Part shown: positions 52,410-64,000 of the stretch, one piece after another | Layout of the letters: the number at the start of each line of letters is the position of its first letter | How positions within the stretch are numbered: the first letter of the stretch is position 1 | NCBI GenBank assembly: GCA_964016885.1 | Contig: OZ024742.1 | Span: forward strand, 31,992,001 to 32,056,000 | Source: Eledone cirrhosa | Taxonomy: Eukaryota | DNA length: 64,000 nucleotides | Direction: 5' to 3' | Program-made: the position numbers and the translations under genes | Notes under the pieces: model-generated | Databases searched by the model: none | Told to the model about the DNA's origin: nothing | Seen by the model: the letters and a program-made list of their open reading frames with translations, nothing else

Positions 52410-52890
52410 GAACTCGTTCTCCACCTCCAACATTGTCGCTTCGGCACAAACCCGGGCTCCGCTGCCCATAATATAGAGGAGAGGACAATAGTTAAATACC
52501 GACCCCTTCCTTTTGATCTCCATCCTTAGTCCCCACACTGCTGATTTCCTTTGTAAAATCGGAAAGACGGCGGCCCGCTTGAGGAAGGAACCCTGTGAGG
52601 TAGGGTGGTTGTTGCAGCGAGTCTCTCTGGCCATTCTTCATGATAATATCTTTACCATTTTGCCCACTAGTCGCAGTTGAAACACATCCCAGATTGGGGT
52701 GTGGTGTCTGTCCTCCCTCTTTCGTTGCTTAATCCTTTTTTTCTTTTTCTTTTTTTTTTCTTTTTTCTATTTTCTTTTTTTCGTTCCCTTTAATAGTATG
52801 TTTTGTTTTTGTATAAACAGTTTAGTCACCATCGAGAATGTTTCTGTTATGTCTTTCTTAAATTACAATATAATATTATATAAATAAAAA
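52410..52890 (+). mobile_element. Degenerate 3' fragment of a CRE-like (restriction-like endonuclease) non-LTR retrotransposon
   Basis: PGSAAHNIEERTIVKY and LSPHTADFLCKIG...EP.EVGWLLQRVSLAILHDN..TIL (stop at 52678-80) resemble CRE C-termini (AA..AE..K..KY; L.QR.S.AI.RGN). Followed by a T-rich UTR and AATAAA. Confidence 0.55.
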
Positions 52891-54050
52891 GTGGTTAATG
52901 TAAATATTGTCAGTGTTTAAATTTACTTGAAATCCGAACTGAGATTTGGAGAAAATGTCAAAGGGAATATAACAACTCTGTATTGACAAAAACAGTTTAA
53001 CAACATGTCTGAGAGAAGGATGGTCAACCACATGCTTTGACAATCACATCTCTCTTCTTTGATCCTCGAATTACGTTATTTAAATATATATATATATAAT
53101 TTTTTTTAGTGTGACAAACTATTTATTAAATTTTCATGATTAATTATATAAATAATAATAAAAATAAGGTCGGGAAGGTGTAAAGACGGGAAGATCTGGT
53201 TGTATAGGAAAGTAGAGGAAAGGACTATAAATGCCATATATGAGAAGAAAAGGAGGGAAAGAGTAAGGAATATTAGACAATGGAAGAAATAGAGGGGGGA
53301 AAGGGAGAGGGTAATAGGCTCAACACCCAGGTTGGGTCGGTGTTTAATACATTTAGCACGTAGGTAGCATTGAATATCTGGTGAAAATATTGACCTTTAA
53401 GAGAAATATCTTGATTAGGGTGAAGGTGTTTCCTGTTCTTAGTTCGACTAGATTATACTCTAGAAAGTAATAAATATCGTGTTATATGTATATATAAATA
53501 TATATACGCATATATATATATATATTCTCATATATTTTTTCATTTTTTCATTTTCATATTTTATATTTTTTATATATGTATCGACCTTCAGCCTGACACT
53601 GCTTTGACTGATACACTCCCTTCCCTGTATATATCACTTGCATGTATGTGGTTGCGCGTGTGTGTGTGTTTATACGCGTGCTTTCATACTTGTATGTGTA
53701 TATATTTCAATCCTTAGTCCCAGAGTCTGTATGTACGCTAACTCTATTATCTTACAATTTCTTTTTTCAACATATATTATATACGTATTTGTGGTCACAC
53801 ATACACTGATATGCTTGCCCTCATGTATGTACTTACGCACACATTTTTTCACTATACACATGCATTTGTACATACATACATATGTACATTTGTAGGTGCA
53901 TATACACACATTTATACACATACCCTTACTATATTTCCTTATTTTATTTTTATATATCTCTTGCATTACTTTTATTTATATTATTTTTTGCCCGTTAAAC
54001 TTTTGCCTTTCTTGAGGAGATTTTTCAAATATTTCACTATGTTTTAAAAT

Positions 54051-54120
54051 GCCTTGTCTGACGAACGAATGAGGACGTTTCTTGTATTCGTCTTATTTGG
54101 GAAACCTCTGGTAATGAGGT
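54051..54120 (+). ncRNA. Hammerhead-like motif with an atypically long stem II, just upstream of (TA)n
   Basis: GCCTTGT-CTGACGA (54058-64)...GAAA (54101-04)-CC TCT G-GTA-ATGAGGT. Stems I and III pair. Confidence 0.45.
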
Positions 54121-54310
54121 AATTATATTGTATTGTTTATTATATATATATATATATATATATAAGTAAGTATGTTTTTGAAACAGTGAGCGAGTTTGAA
54201 ATTAGAAAATATATAGCTTTCACCGTATTTTTGACTAAACGAATTTTAGCTTGATAACCCCGTTATCAAGCTAAAATTCCTTTAGTCAAAAATACGGTGA
54301 AAGCTATATA

Positions 54311-54357
<47 letters not shown>

Positions 54358-54594
54358 TGAAACTGCAGTAAGGGAACTTAGTGCAGTCTTCTACCTTTAA
54401 GTTGCTTGACTAGGAATATATCCCCAGGGAAAGATGATTGTAAAGTGTTCTTTTTAGATTACTTTATTCGGATCTACTCCTCAGTGATTTTATATAAGAT
54501 ATTCTATATGTTTGTCTACTCTCATTATTTTCGTTTTTTGTTTTACTACTGACTACTTTTATTTTCTGTGTCTAGCCTTTGTGATCCTGTCTCT

Positions 54595-54645
54595 ATTGTT
54601 TGTACTCCTGAAGAAGGGCTAAAGCCAGAAACGTCAAACATTATT
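54595..54645 (+). ncRNA. Minimal hammerhead-like motif of PLE pLTR type
   Basis: CTGAAGA (54608-14)-AGGGC TAAA GCCA-GAAA-C-GTC, with palindromic ACGT stem III and a GUC site; stem I is weak. Confidence 0.55.
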
Positions 54646-54950
54646 TCCCCTTTTTCATATAACGTGCGCAACTCATAAGACTTTTTGTGTCTCTGTTTTA
54701 TTTTTTCCTTGAACTATATATGTGATGTTATATTGAAAACACTGACTGTCCTCCAGCTTCATCATTATTTTCTCAGACTTTTTATGCTGCGTTTGGAACG
54801 GTAACGTTCCCAAATCCACGTCAGACACATGCATATATATATTTATGTATACACACATACATATACATATATATATGTATGAGAGGGGGAGAGACATATA
54901 TATACATATGTCTCTCCCCCTCTCTCTCTATATATATATCTATATACTAA

Positions 54951-54988
<38 letters not shown>

Positions 54989-55344
54989 CATATGTCTCCC
55001 CACCTCTCTCTCTCCCTCTACATATATATATATATATATATACTAATACGCATACACACACACACACACACACACACATACACACACACACACACATGAA
55101 AATAGCAATGAAAAGGAAACAATTTCGCTATATTTTGTCTCAGCTATGGTTTTATCAACGGCCATTATCTAAACATATTTCTTCTACCCTCAGTTTCCTC
55201 CAGACTAAATAGTTGTACGCCATTTTGTTACCGTTGCATTCTGTTTTAAGTTTTGAACATCCAGTTGTCTGTACGGACATTTTTTACATTGTTTCCTTTG
55301 CCTACATAGTCAGAAAGACTTATCTAGTTTTATTTTATCGTATA

Positions 55345-56340
55345 CTAGCAGTAAAGCCCGGCGCTGCTCGGGTCGCTCAGTAGCTGTGTTAAAGTTACAA
55401 TGTTAAGTTTCTTTCTTGGCTTAAAAACTGTAGTGTCTACTGTGCAGACTTGCATGTGGTGTTTTTGATTAATATTCCCTCAACCAACAATATGCCTTAT
55501 GAAGTTAAGAAAACATAACGATAACCCGAATGTTATAACAAAAGAGGATGCTGGGGATAGAAACTGCACTGGTTATTTATTAACAAAGATCGAAAATGTA
55601 AACACTGCAACGCAGAGAAAAACATTAGCGTAACCAAATTATCAGTTATGTCTGTCTGCACGCCTATATCACCTCTCTGCACGACTGTCTGTCTGCACGC
55701 CTATATCACCTCTCTGCACGACTGTCTGTCTGCACGCCTATATCACCTCTCTGCACGACTGTCTGTCTGCACGCCTATATCACCTCTCTGCACGACTGTC
55801 TGTCTGCACGCCTAACGAAATGTACAGATACATATATTTTAAATAAACTTATATAATTTTTGCTTTTTTTTACGAAATATTTGCTTGTTTTACGTAGTCT
55901 TTAAATAGACTTGTTTTCAAGTAAAAATATTGTTTTAAAAGGCTTTTAAATGGAAATGAAACAAAACGGAAGCTTAGTGTTCGAACTGATGAATTTTGCA
56001 GGTCAATATTTTGCTGGCTCGACAACTGTTCGTGTATTGTGTTAATGTCATTTTAAACGCTGAGAAAGCCAGCGTAATTTTTTTAATTTTTGCACGCAGA
56101 CGCTCAATGTAAACAGAACAAAGGGAAATAACTGATCACTTACGCTCAAAAATCGATACATTATATTCGATTTCGTCAGATAGGGCGGGTCAATTTGAAA
56201 TATTTTTTTTTCGATGTCTTCGCTAGGGCTCAATGTACAAGTATAGCAATTTCGGTGCAATTCCGTGAGAGATTCTAAGAGGAGATGTGTGCCAAAAATC
56301 GATAGACAGACAGACAACCTCAGTTTTATATATATATAGA
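55345..56340 (-). mobile_element. Non-autonomous Helitron containing a 37-bp tandem repeat (55649-55813, ~4.4 units)
   Basis: Minus strand A|TCTATATATATATAAAACTGAGG ... CCCGAGCAGCGCCGGG hairpin, TTTACTG CTAG|T. Confidence 0.85.
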
Positions 56341-56684
56341 TTGTTATTTCGTCTTCTCGTATTGTAGCCCCTGGCACTCTGTAGTGGGAAATGATCCGAT
56401 TCTTTAGGAATAGAAATCTTGGTGATCTTCAGCGGACACCTGATAACAAAGGCATGTATCCGTTTGTCCATTTTGCACCGTTTTTCTAGTGCAGCGTCTG
56501 TTCTTGTGACAGATATCGTATGTTAACTCTATGTCTCCCATCTCATGCTACGTTTGAAAATCAAGAAATCGTGAAAACCTGTTAAGTTAATGTAAATAAA
56601 TTTTCTTAAAGCCTCCAAGTGCACTTTCAACTTTTCTTTGCATAAACACTCACTCAAATACACACAGACAGACAGATAGATAGA

Positions 56685-57185
<501 letters not shown>

Positions 57186-57572
57186 TTGAGCCAAATATCT
57201 GGAGGGTGCGGAAACTGTTTCGTAACTACCCTGGGGAGAAATTAACAGAGTAAATAGGGAAATGGCATAGAGGTATGTGTTGTGGTGGGATGTGGTGATA
57301 ATTAGGGAGGGAACGAGGGACTGTGTGGGGGTTAGAGAGGAGGGTGGTAAGGGGGTTAGAGAGGAGGGTGGGTGAATGAAGGGGGAGAAAGAGGAGGGTG
57401 GATGAAATAAGAGAGAAATAGTGTGAAAGAGAGATAAAGTGCAGAGTAGAATAGAAAGGGATATGTTGACAGGTTTATATTACTGTGTTTCTTACTATAT
57501 ATTATTAATCGGCTCAGTATTTATACTTTGAGCCTAATAGTTACAGGGTTCCAATTGAGTTTTAACTCTAAT

Positions 57573-57652
<80 letters not shown>

Positions 57653-57677
57653 ATTGAGGTGTAACACACGAGTTGTG

Positions 57678-58064
57678 ATATATTGGTAAAAGGAAAAGAA
57701 AATGCTGACAAATTGTTCGCAGTGAAAAATAGTTTAATTAGGAATAAGTAAAAATTAGTAATAAGTATTGGTTAGTATTCAGTTTTAGTTTTAAGTTTTT
57801 ACCGGTTGCGCATTTCTAATGCTTTTCAAAAATAATTTTGAGATAGAGCGCCCGTGATGTTTGCTCTAGAGATTAGAGCAAACATCACGGGCGCTCTATC
57901 TCAAAATTATTTTTGAAAAGCATTAGAAATGCGCAACCGGTAAAAACTTAAAACTAAAACTGAATACTAACCAATACTTATTACTAATTTTTACTTATTC
58001 CTAATTAAACTATTTTTCACTGCGAACAATTTGTCAGCATTTTCTTTTCCTTTTACCAATATAT
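57678..58064. repeat. Apparently perfect palindrome with 191-bp arms and a 5-nt loop (GAGAT 57869-73)
   Basis: Arm-to-arm reverse-complement comparison; (TA)n lies near both ends. Confidence 0.93.
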
Positions 58065-58188
58065 ATATATATATATATACTTCGTTTTCGAATTTGTTAT
58101 GCAAGATTTCTTATCTGAAAACGTGTGTTGAAACATATATTGTTATACTTTGGATTAGGGTTAGGAGAGACACAAAAATAAAAACCTA

Positions 58189-58232
58189 GTCACTGAGGAG
58201 GTCACAGAATGTGTGACGAAAGAGCTTTGACA
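58189..58232 (+). ncRNA. Minimal type I hammerhead-like motif
   Basis: GTCA-CTGAGGA (58193-99)-G-GTCACA GAATG TGTGAC-GAAA-GAG-CTT-TGAC. Stems I and II are perfect; NUH is CUU. Confidence 0.65.
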
Positions 58233-60036
58233 ATATATAAACAAACAACCGGTTATTGAACCAAACAACCTACCGGAAATTTATAGTAAATTTAAGTGAA
58301 AATCGACAGGTGCGTGTGTTTATATTGGCAGCATGGCCCTCTCAAAGTATAACAATATATATATATATTGTATATATATATATTGCCGGTATACCTATCT
58401 GGCCTGTCCGGCTGGCGCTCGGCTAGGTATACCGGCATTTTATCTTTTCAGGAATCCCCCCTCCACTCCAGTGCAAAGATACCGCACGCCCTCTCAAGTC
58501 AGTGAGGGGAGGGGGTTAACGTGCTCTGATGTTGGGTTTGAATAGTTTTTAGGATTCCCTAGTTCAGCAGCCAGTATGTTAAAGAAAATTGATAGTTGCA
58601 ACAATAAAGGCTGAACAGAGAACACATTTTTAAAAAAACTTTACAATAATTTGTACAACCATAATGGAAATTCCAAGTAACAGAAAATACATAAATTACA
58701 TTGTTAGAGCCTCAGACTATACAATATTTTTTGTTCGGCCCTCGGGAGCAAAGATGAAGAGATTGTTTGGCGAGCACACCCTAGAGCATCCTACATACAA
58801 TTGACCATGGGAGAAGCATGGTTTTCCCAGATGAAACCCAGCCACTTTTAGGGTTGACCCTGAGCTTTGTTGATGGTAATCGCGAAGCTTAGTCTCTCTG
58901 TTGCTCTAGTAACATTTTTTCTTCTGGAAAATCTGATCTTGCGGCCAGGCTGGGACATTTTGGGTGGCATATCGGCAGTAACAATGACGATAACCCATCT
59001 GTCCTTTCGTGAAATAAATACGTTTGTTTATATTTTGTTTTTGTGTATGCAAAAATATAATTATATATATATATTATATATAACAGATTAAAGTTTAAGC
59101 AAAGAATCGCTGTTTTCACCCTTAACAGGATCTTCTGAAACCTAAAAAATCAATCTGTGAACGCAGAAGTAAATATTTCGAAAAACGTTGCAATCGAAGG
59201 AAAACAGGAAGACGATACTTTGGTTCGTGAAGTCGTTCCCTGGCAATGAACGGGAAAAAAGCGAAGATAATACGTCAGCAATGAGAACAATATTTGCTCT
59301 GGGGTTCTTATATATTTGATACATATTTATCCTTATCGAGCCCTCTTTGGATTTTAGTCTTCACATTTATTATTATTATTACTAATTATATATGCGGTGA
59401 ATATAGGGCGGTGAATTGGCAGTATCGGTAGAGGGTTGGGCGCCATGCTTTCTAGCATAGTTACGTCCCTTTACGGTTTGAGTTCAAATCCCGCTGAGGT
59501 TAATTTTGCCTTTCATCCTTACGGGGTCGATAAAATAAAGTACCAGTAATGTACTGGGTAATTGCTGGCCTTGTGCTTAAAGTAGAAACAATTATTACTA
59601 ATTATATATATATATAATTAATTATTGAGAGGGCGTGCGGTATATTTGCACTGAATTAATTAAAAGTTGGTTAGAAGCGAAGTCAATGCAGACAGATATT
59701 ATAAGCGTGCGATGTTATAGCTATGTATCTAATGCAGACAGCCAGACATCCAGAGACATATTATAAGGGCGCAACGGTATAGCTATGTATCTATCTAAAA
59801 AGACAGACTAAGAAAGAGAGAGGAATGTCGTATAACCGGAAGTGTTGACATTTGAACATTTTAAAGAAGTGAATATTTAAATAAACGATAAAATATCTTT
59901 AATCTTTTAACGAAATTTAGAAGACAAAAATACCCTCACTTTCTTACTTGGAAAAAGTTACATCTATGGTGTAAATTGGGTGCTTTTTGGTCCAGCCGTT
60001 TGGCGAAAATTTCTTACATACATACGGCCGTCAGCT

Positions 60037-60182
<146 letters not shown>

Positions 60183-60669
60183 GTGAGAGAAAGAGAGAGG
60201 TGAAAAGAAAGTGACTTATTGAGAAAAAAGAGGGTGAAGAAGAGAGAGAGAGGAATGAAGGGGAAAGGACAGGGTAGGTGAGATAGAAAACAACAAAAAA
60301 CTATGAGAATGAATTAGCGTGAGAGAGGGTAACACAGATGACCGAGAGAGGGGGAGAGTGAATGAGAGAGTGAGTGAGAGAGAAGGAGGTGAGTAGAGAG
60401 TGAACAAAATAGCGTAGAATGAGTGTGAAGAGAAGAATAGAAAGAAGGGAATAAAGACAAATACTGAATGAGTGAGAGGGAGCGAGAATAGAATAAAATT
60501 TTATAATTTAACTATGTCGAGGGGTCGGGAACTAACCCGGCTCCCCTACCACAGGCGGGGGGGGGGGTAAGTTGAACCCCAGCAGCACCAAAACAAGAGG
60601 TGTTAAAAGGGCAGATTAACTCCTCAGAGTCAATGGCTATCCACCCCACAGCAGCTAAACCGGCTCCCT

Positions 60670-61670
60670 CACCAGACCAGGGTCCTGTGATAAGGGTACG
60701 TAGAACCTCTCCCCCACCAGACCAGAGTCCTGGGGGGCGGTACGTGGAACTATCCTCCACAGGACCAGGGTCGGGGGGGGGGAGTACGTGGTACTCCTCC
60801 CCCACAAGACCAGGGTCCTGTGAGGGGGGTACGTAGAACTCCACCCCCACAAGACCAGGGTCCTGTGAGGGGGGTACGCGGAACTCCCCCTCCACAAGAC
60901 CAGGGTCCTGTGATAAGAGTACATGGAACTCCTCCCCCACCAGTCCAGGGTCTGTGAGGGGGGTACGTGGAACTCCTCCCCCACCAGACCAGGGTCCTGT
61001 GAAGAGGGTACGTGGAACTCCTCCCCCACCAGACCAGGGTCCTGTGATAATGGTACGTGGAACTCCACCCCAATCAGACCAGGGTCCTGTGATAAGGTTA
61101 CATGGAACTCCTCCCCCACCTGTCCAGGGTCCTGTGATAATGGTACATGGAACTCCTACCCCACCATACCAGGGTCTGTGAGGGGGGTACGTGGAACTCC
61201 TCCCCCACCAGACCAGGGTCCTGTGAAGAGGGTACGTGGAACTCCTCCCCCACCGACCAGGGTCGTGTGATAAGGGTACATGGAACTCCACCCCCACAAG
61301 ACCAGGGTAGGGTCCTGTGAGGGGGGTACGTGGAACTCCTCCCCCACCAGACCAGGGTCCTGTGATAAGGGTACATAGAACTCCACCCCCACAAGACCAG
61401 GGTAGGGTCCTGTGAGGGGGGTACGTGGAACTCCTTCCCCACCAGACCAGGGTCCTGTGATAAGGGTACATGGAACTCCTCCCCCACCAGTCCAGGGTCC
61501 TGTGATAAGGGTACGTGGAACTCCACCCCCACCAGACCAGGGTCCTGTGATAAGGGTACATGGAACTCCTTCCCCACCAGTTCAGGGTCCTGTGAGGAGG
61601 GGGGGTACGTGGAACTCCTCCCCCACCAGACCAGGGTCCTGTGAAGGGGGGCGGGGTACCTGGAACTCCA
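60670..61670. repeat. GC-rich ~45-47-bp minisatellite (~21 divergent units)
   Basis: Unit CCAGACCAGGGTCCTGTGATAAGGGTACGTGGAACTCCTCCCCCA with GAGGGGGG variants. Confidence 0.93.
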
Positions 61671-61870
61671 ACCACACAAATCAACAAGAGCTGTTAAAAG
61701 GGTCCTATACGCAGCTATCCACCCCAACTATGAGTTAAATAGCTTCAACAACCTACAATTGGCCAAGTGTGGTGAGTACGGCTACACACCCGAAGACATG
61801 ACCAAAACTAAACAGAATGTAGTTGAGATCAACCAGGAAGGTTCCCCCAACAGACTCTTGACTGGACTGG

Positions 61871-61944
<74 letters not shown>

Positions 61945-63929
61945 TCTCACCAACCCACAGAATACGAAATGTAGACGTCTAGTATTCCATATAGCCTCAG
62001 TTGTGAAGGCGTGTGGCTGAGTGGTAAGAGAATTGGATTCACAATCGTGAGGTTGTAAGTTCAATTCCTGGACCGGCCGATGCGTTATGTCCTTGAGCAA
62101 GACACTTTATTTCACGTTGTTCCTTCTACCTGGAGTTGCAACCGATAGAAAGTAATAGCAATTGGAAAGACCAACGGAAACATTGTTTCCTAGGTCCGAT
62201 ATGACGAAAGTTGATCGACTATATATATATAGCCTCAGTAATTCCTGATACCAGATTTAAAATGAACTAGCAGAAAAACCATCCTTCGGGTAGTTTTCTG
62301 CTAGCATGTGTAGTGTGCATATTGATATTATACGCAAGTATATATGCATGTAGATATGATACATCAAATAAAATCATAATTGACAATTTACACAGAAATT
62401 GAACGAAGACTGTGTTACACTGTCTTATGTAATCAGTAACGTAATCCATGATACATTAAAAAAAGACGATATTATATATAAACTGCATTAGGAGAAAATT
62501 AGTGACAGAAATATATGAATATTTATTTAAACGATCACTAACTGGTAAAGAAGGGAATCTTTAAATAAATAATAAAATATATTTAATGAACAGCCACGAA
62601 ATTTAGTAGATAAATTATGTAATATTCATTAATTATTTATTCAAAGTAATCCTACTTATTTTACTAAGGGGATAAAAAATTATAAACCGTACGCAGTCCC
62701 GCGCTTCTTACTTTATTATAGTTTAGATGAATAAATAAATGTCACATCTAGTTGTTCCAACACAAATGACTTTAATAATAGTTTCTGGTTTAGGTACAAA
62801 ACCAAATTTTGGGGGATGGGTGGGTAGGGGGTGGGGGTGGGGCGATTAAATCGACCCAATTGTGTTACTGGTACTTTTTTTATTGAACCCCCAAAAGATG
62901 AAAGGCGAAGCTAACCTCGGCGGGATTTGAACTCAGAACATAAATGGCCGTAACTATATGTTGCAAAGCATGTTGTCCGTACCTCTACCGATTTCTGCCA
63001 ATAACTTCTGCCAATAACTTTGTAGTGAGTCAATGTCTGGATTGATAAGTTAGTGGAAGTCGACTTGTAGATAATAACAGAGATAGGTAGTGATTAGTGA
63101 TGTATGGAGGAAGTTTTAGTTGGAACAGATTTCTGATAAAATTGTTGGGTCAAATAATACGATTAGTGATGGAAAATAACCAATGGGAGAAAAGCTTTAA
63201 ATCAGTAATTCTTAACCCGGATAGTGGTGGTGGTGGTGGTGGTAGAATACTTCCCGGGGTAGGTGAGACTTTCTGGATTCTCGAGAGATATTTGTAGATT
63301 CCATACATTTTTAGGCTGGCAACTTTATTTTACCAGTATTGAATCGTTAGACAACCAGCCATCCATCTTAGAAAAAATAAAGTATATATCTTTAGGTTGG
63401 CAACTTTTGTTATCATTATTGAATCGTTGGGAAACCAGTCGTCCATCTTAGGAAAAGAAAACACATTTCGGATAATTTTTATATATATATATATATATAT
63501 GCAGTGGCGGACTAGCCAGGTTGCCCAATAGCAAGTGGGCCACAGGGGGCCCACGGTAGCATTGCAAGAGCCCACAGTAGCATTGCAGGGCCCACTGTAC
63601 TATTTTAGGGGCCAATGCTTTGCTTTCAAAAAATACCTGAAATCTAAGAGAAAGAATAACATTTAAAAAAAATAAATAAAACAATTAAACAAAGCATTTA
63701 GCCAACCAATTCCCCAGATAATTACTAGAAACCAAAATATATGATAGTGCAAATAGCTGGAATCAGTGGTTGTACATTCTGCTAAATCTAAAGCTTAGTG
63801 TGTTCAATAATGTATTCAAACATACATATATATAGACACAGACACATAAGTATACTTACACACATAAGCACTTACATAGAGCACTCTTCACTCCTATGAC
63901 TTTTTCAATTTTCAACGGAAACTTCAATA

Positions 63930-64000
<71 letters not shown>

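Noticed and set aside
58155-58165. TTAGGGTTAGG telomere-like motif
   Set aside because: Fewer than two full units, which is expected by chance.
60512-61738. 391-aa and overlapping ORFs
   Set aside because: Translations of a GC-rich minisatellite with frame-shifting unit lengths and no recognisable domain.

Overview
Eukaryotic, repeat-rich animal DNA. The SINE, RTE-tail and (TA)n repertoire suggests an octopod cephalopod, which is inference only. The first 24.9 kb is one intronic 71-bp satellite array. Positions 24948-34390 (+) hold the 3' coding exons of an MRG15/MORF4L1 gene: seven exons splice GT-AG in frame into a complete MRG domain ending ...PEYHRKAI*. There is also a candidate 258-nt in-frame cassette exon with no counterpart in human MRG15. 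Two introns and the probable 3' UTR carry their own tandem arrays (83, 45 and 44 bp). The remaining ~28 kb shows no host gene. It is a nest of Penelope-like elements (one with a ~1-kb inverted arm, one Naiad-like), non-autonomous Helitrons, hAT/piggyBac/Tc1 MITEs, SINEs, and CR1, RTE and CRE fragments. It also has many fold-back palindromes and a dense set of minimal hammerhead-ribozyme-like motifs next to (TA)n tracts. All alignments and RNA folds were done by eye.
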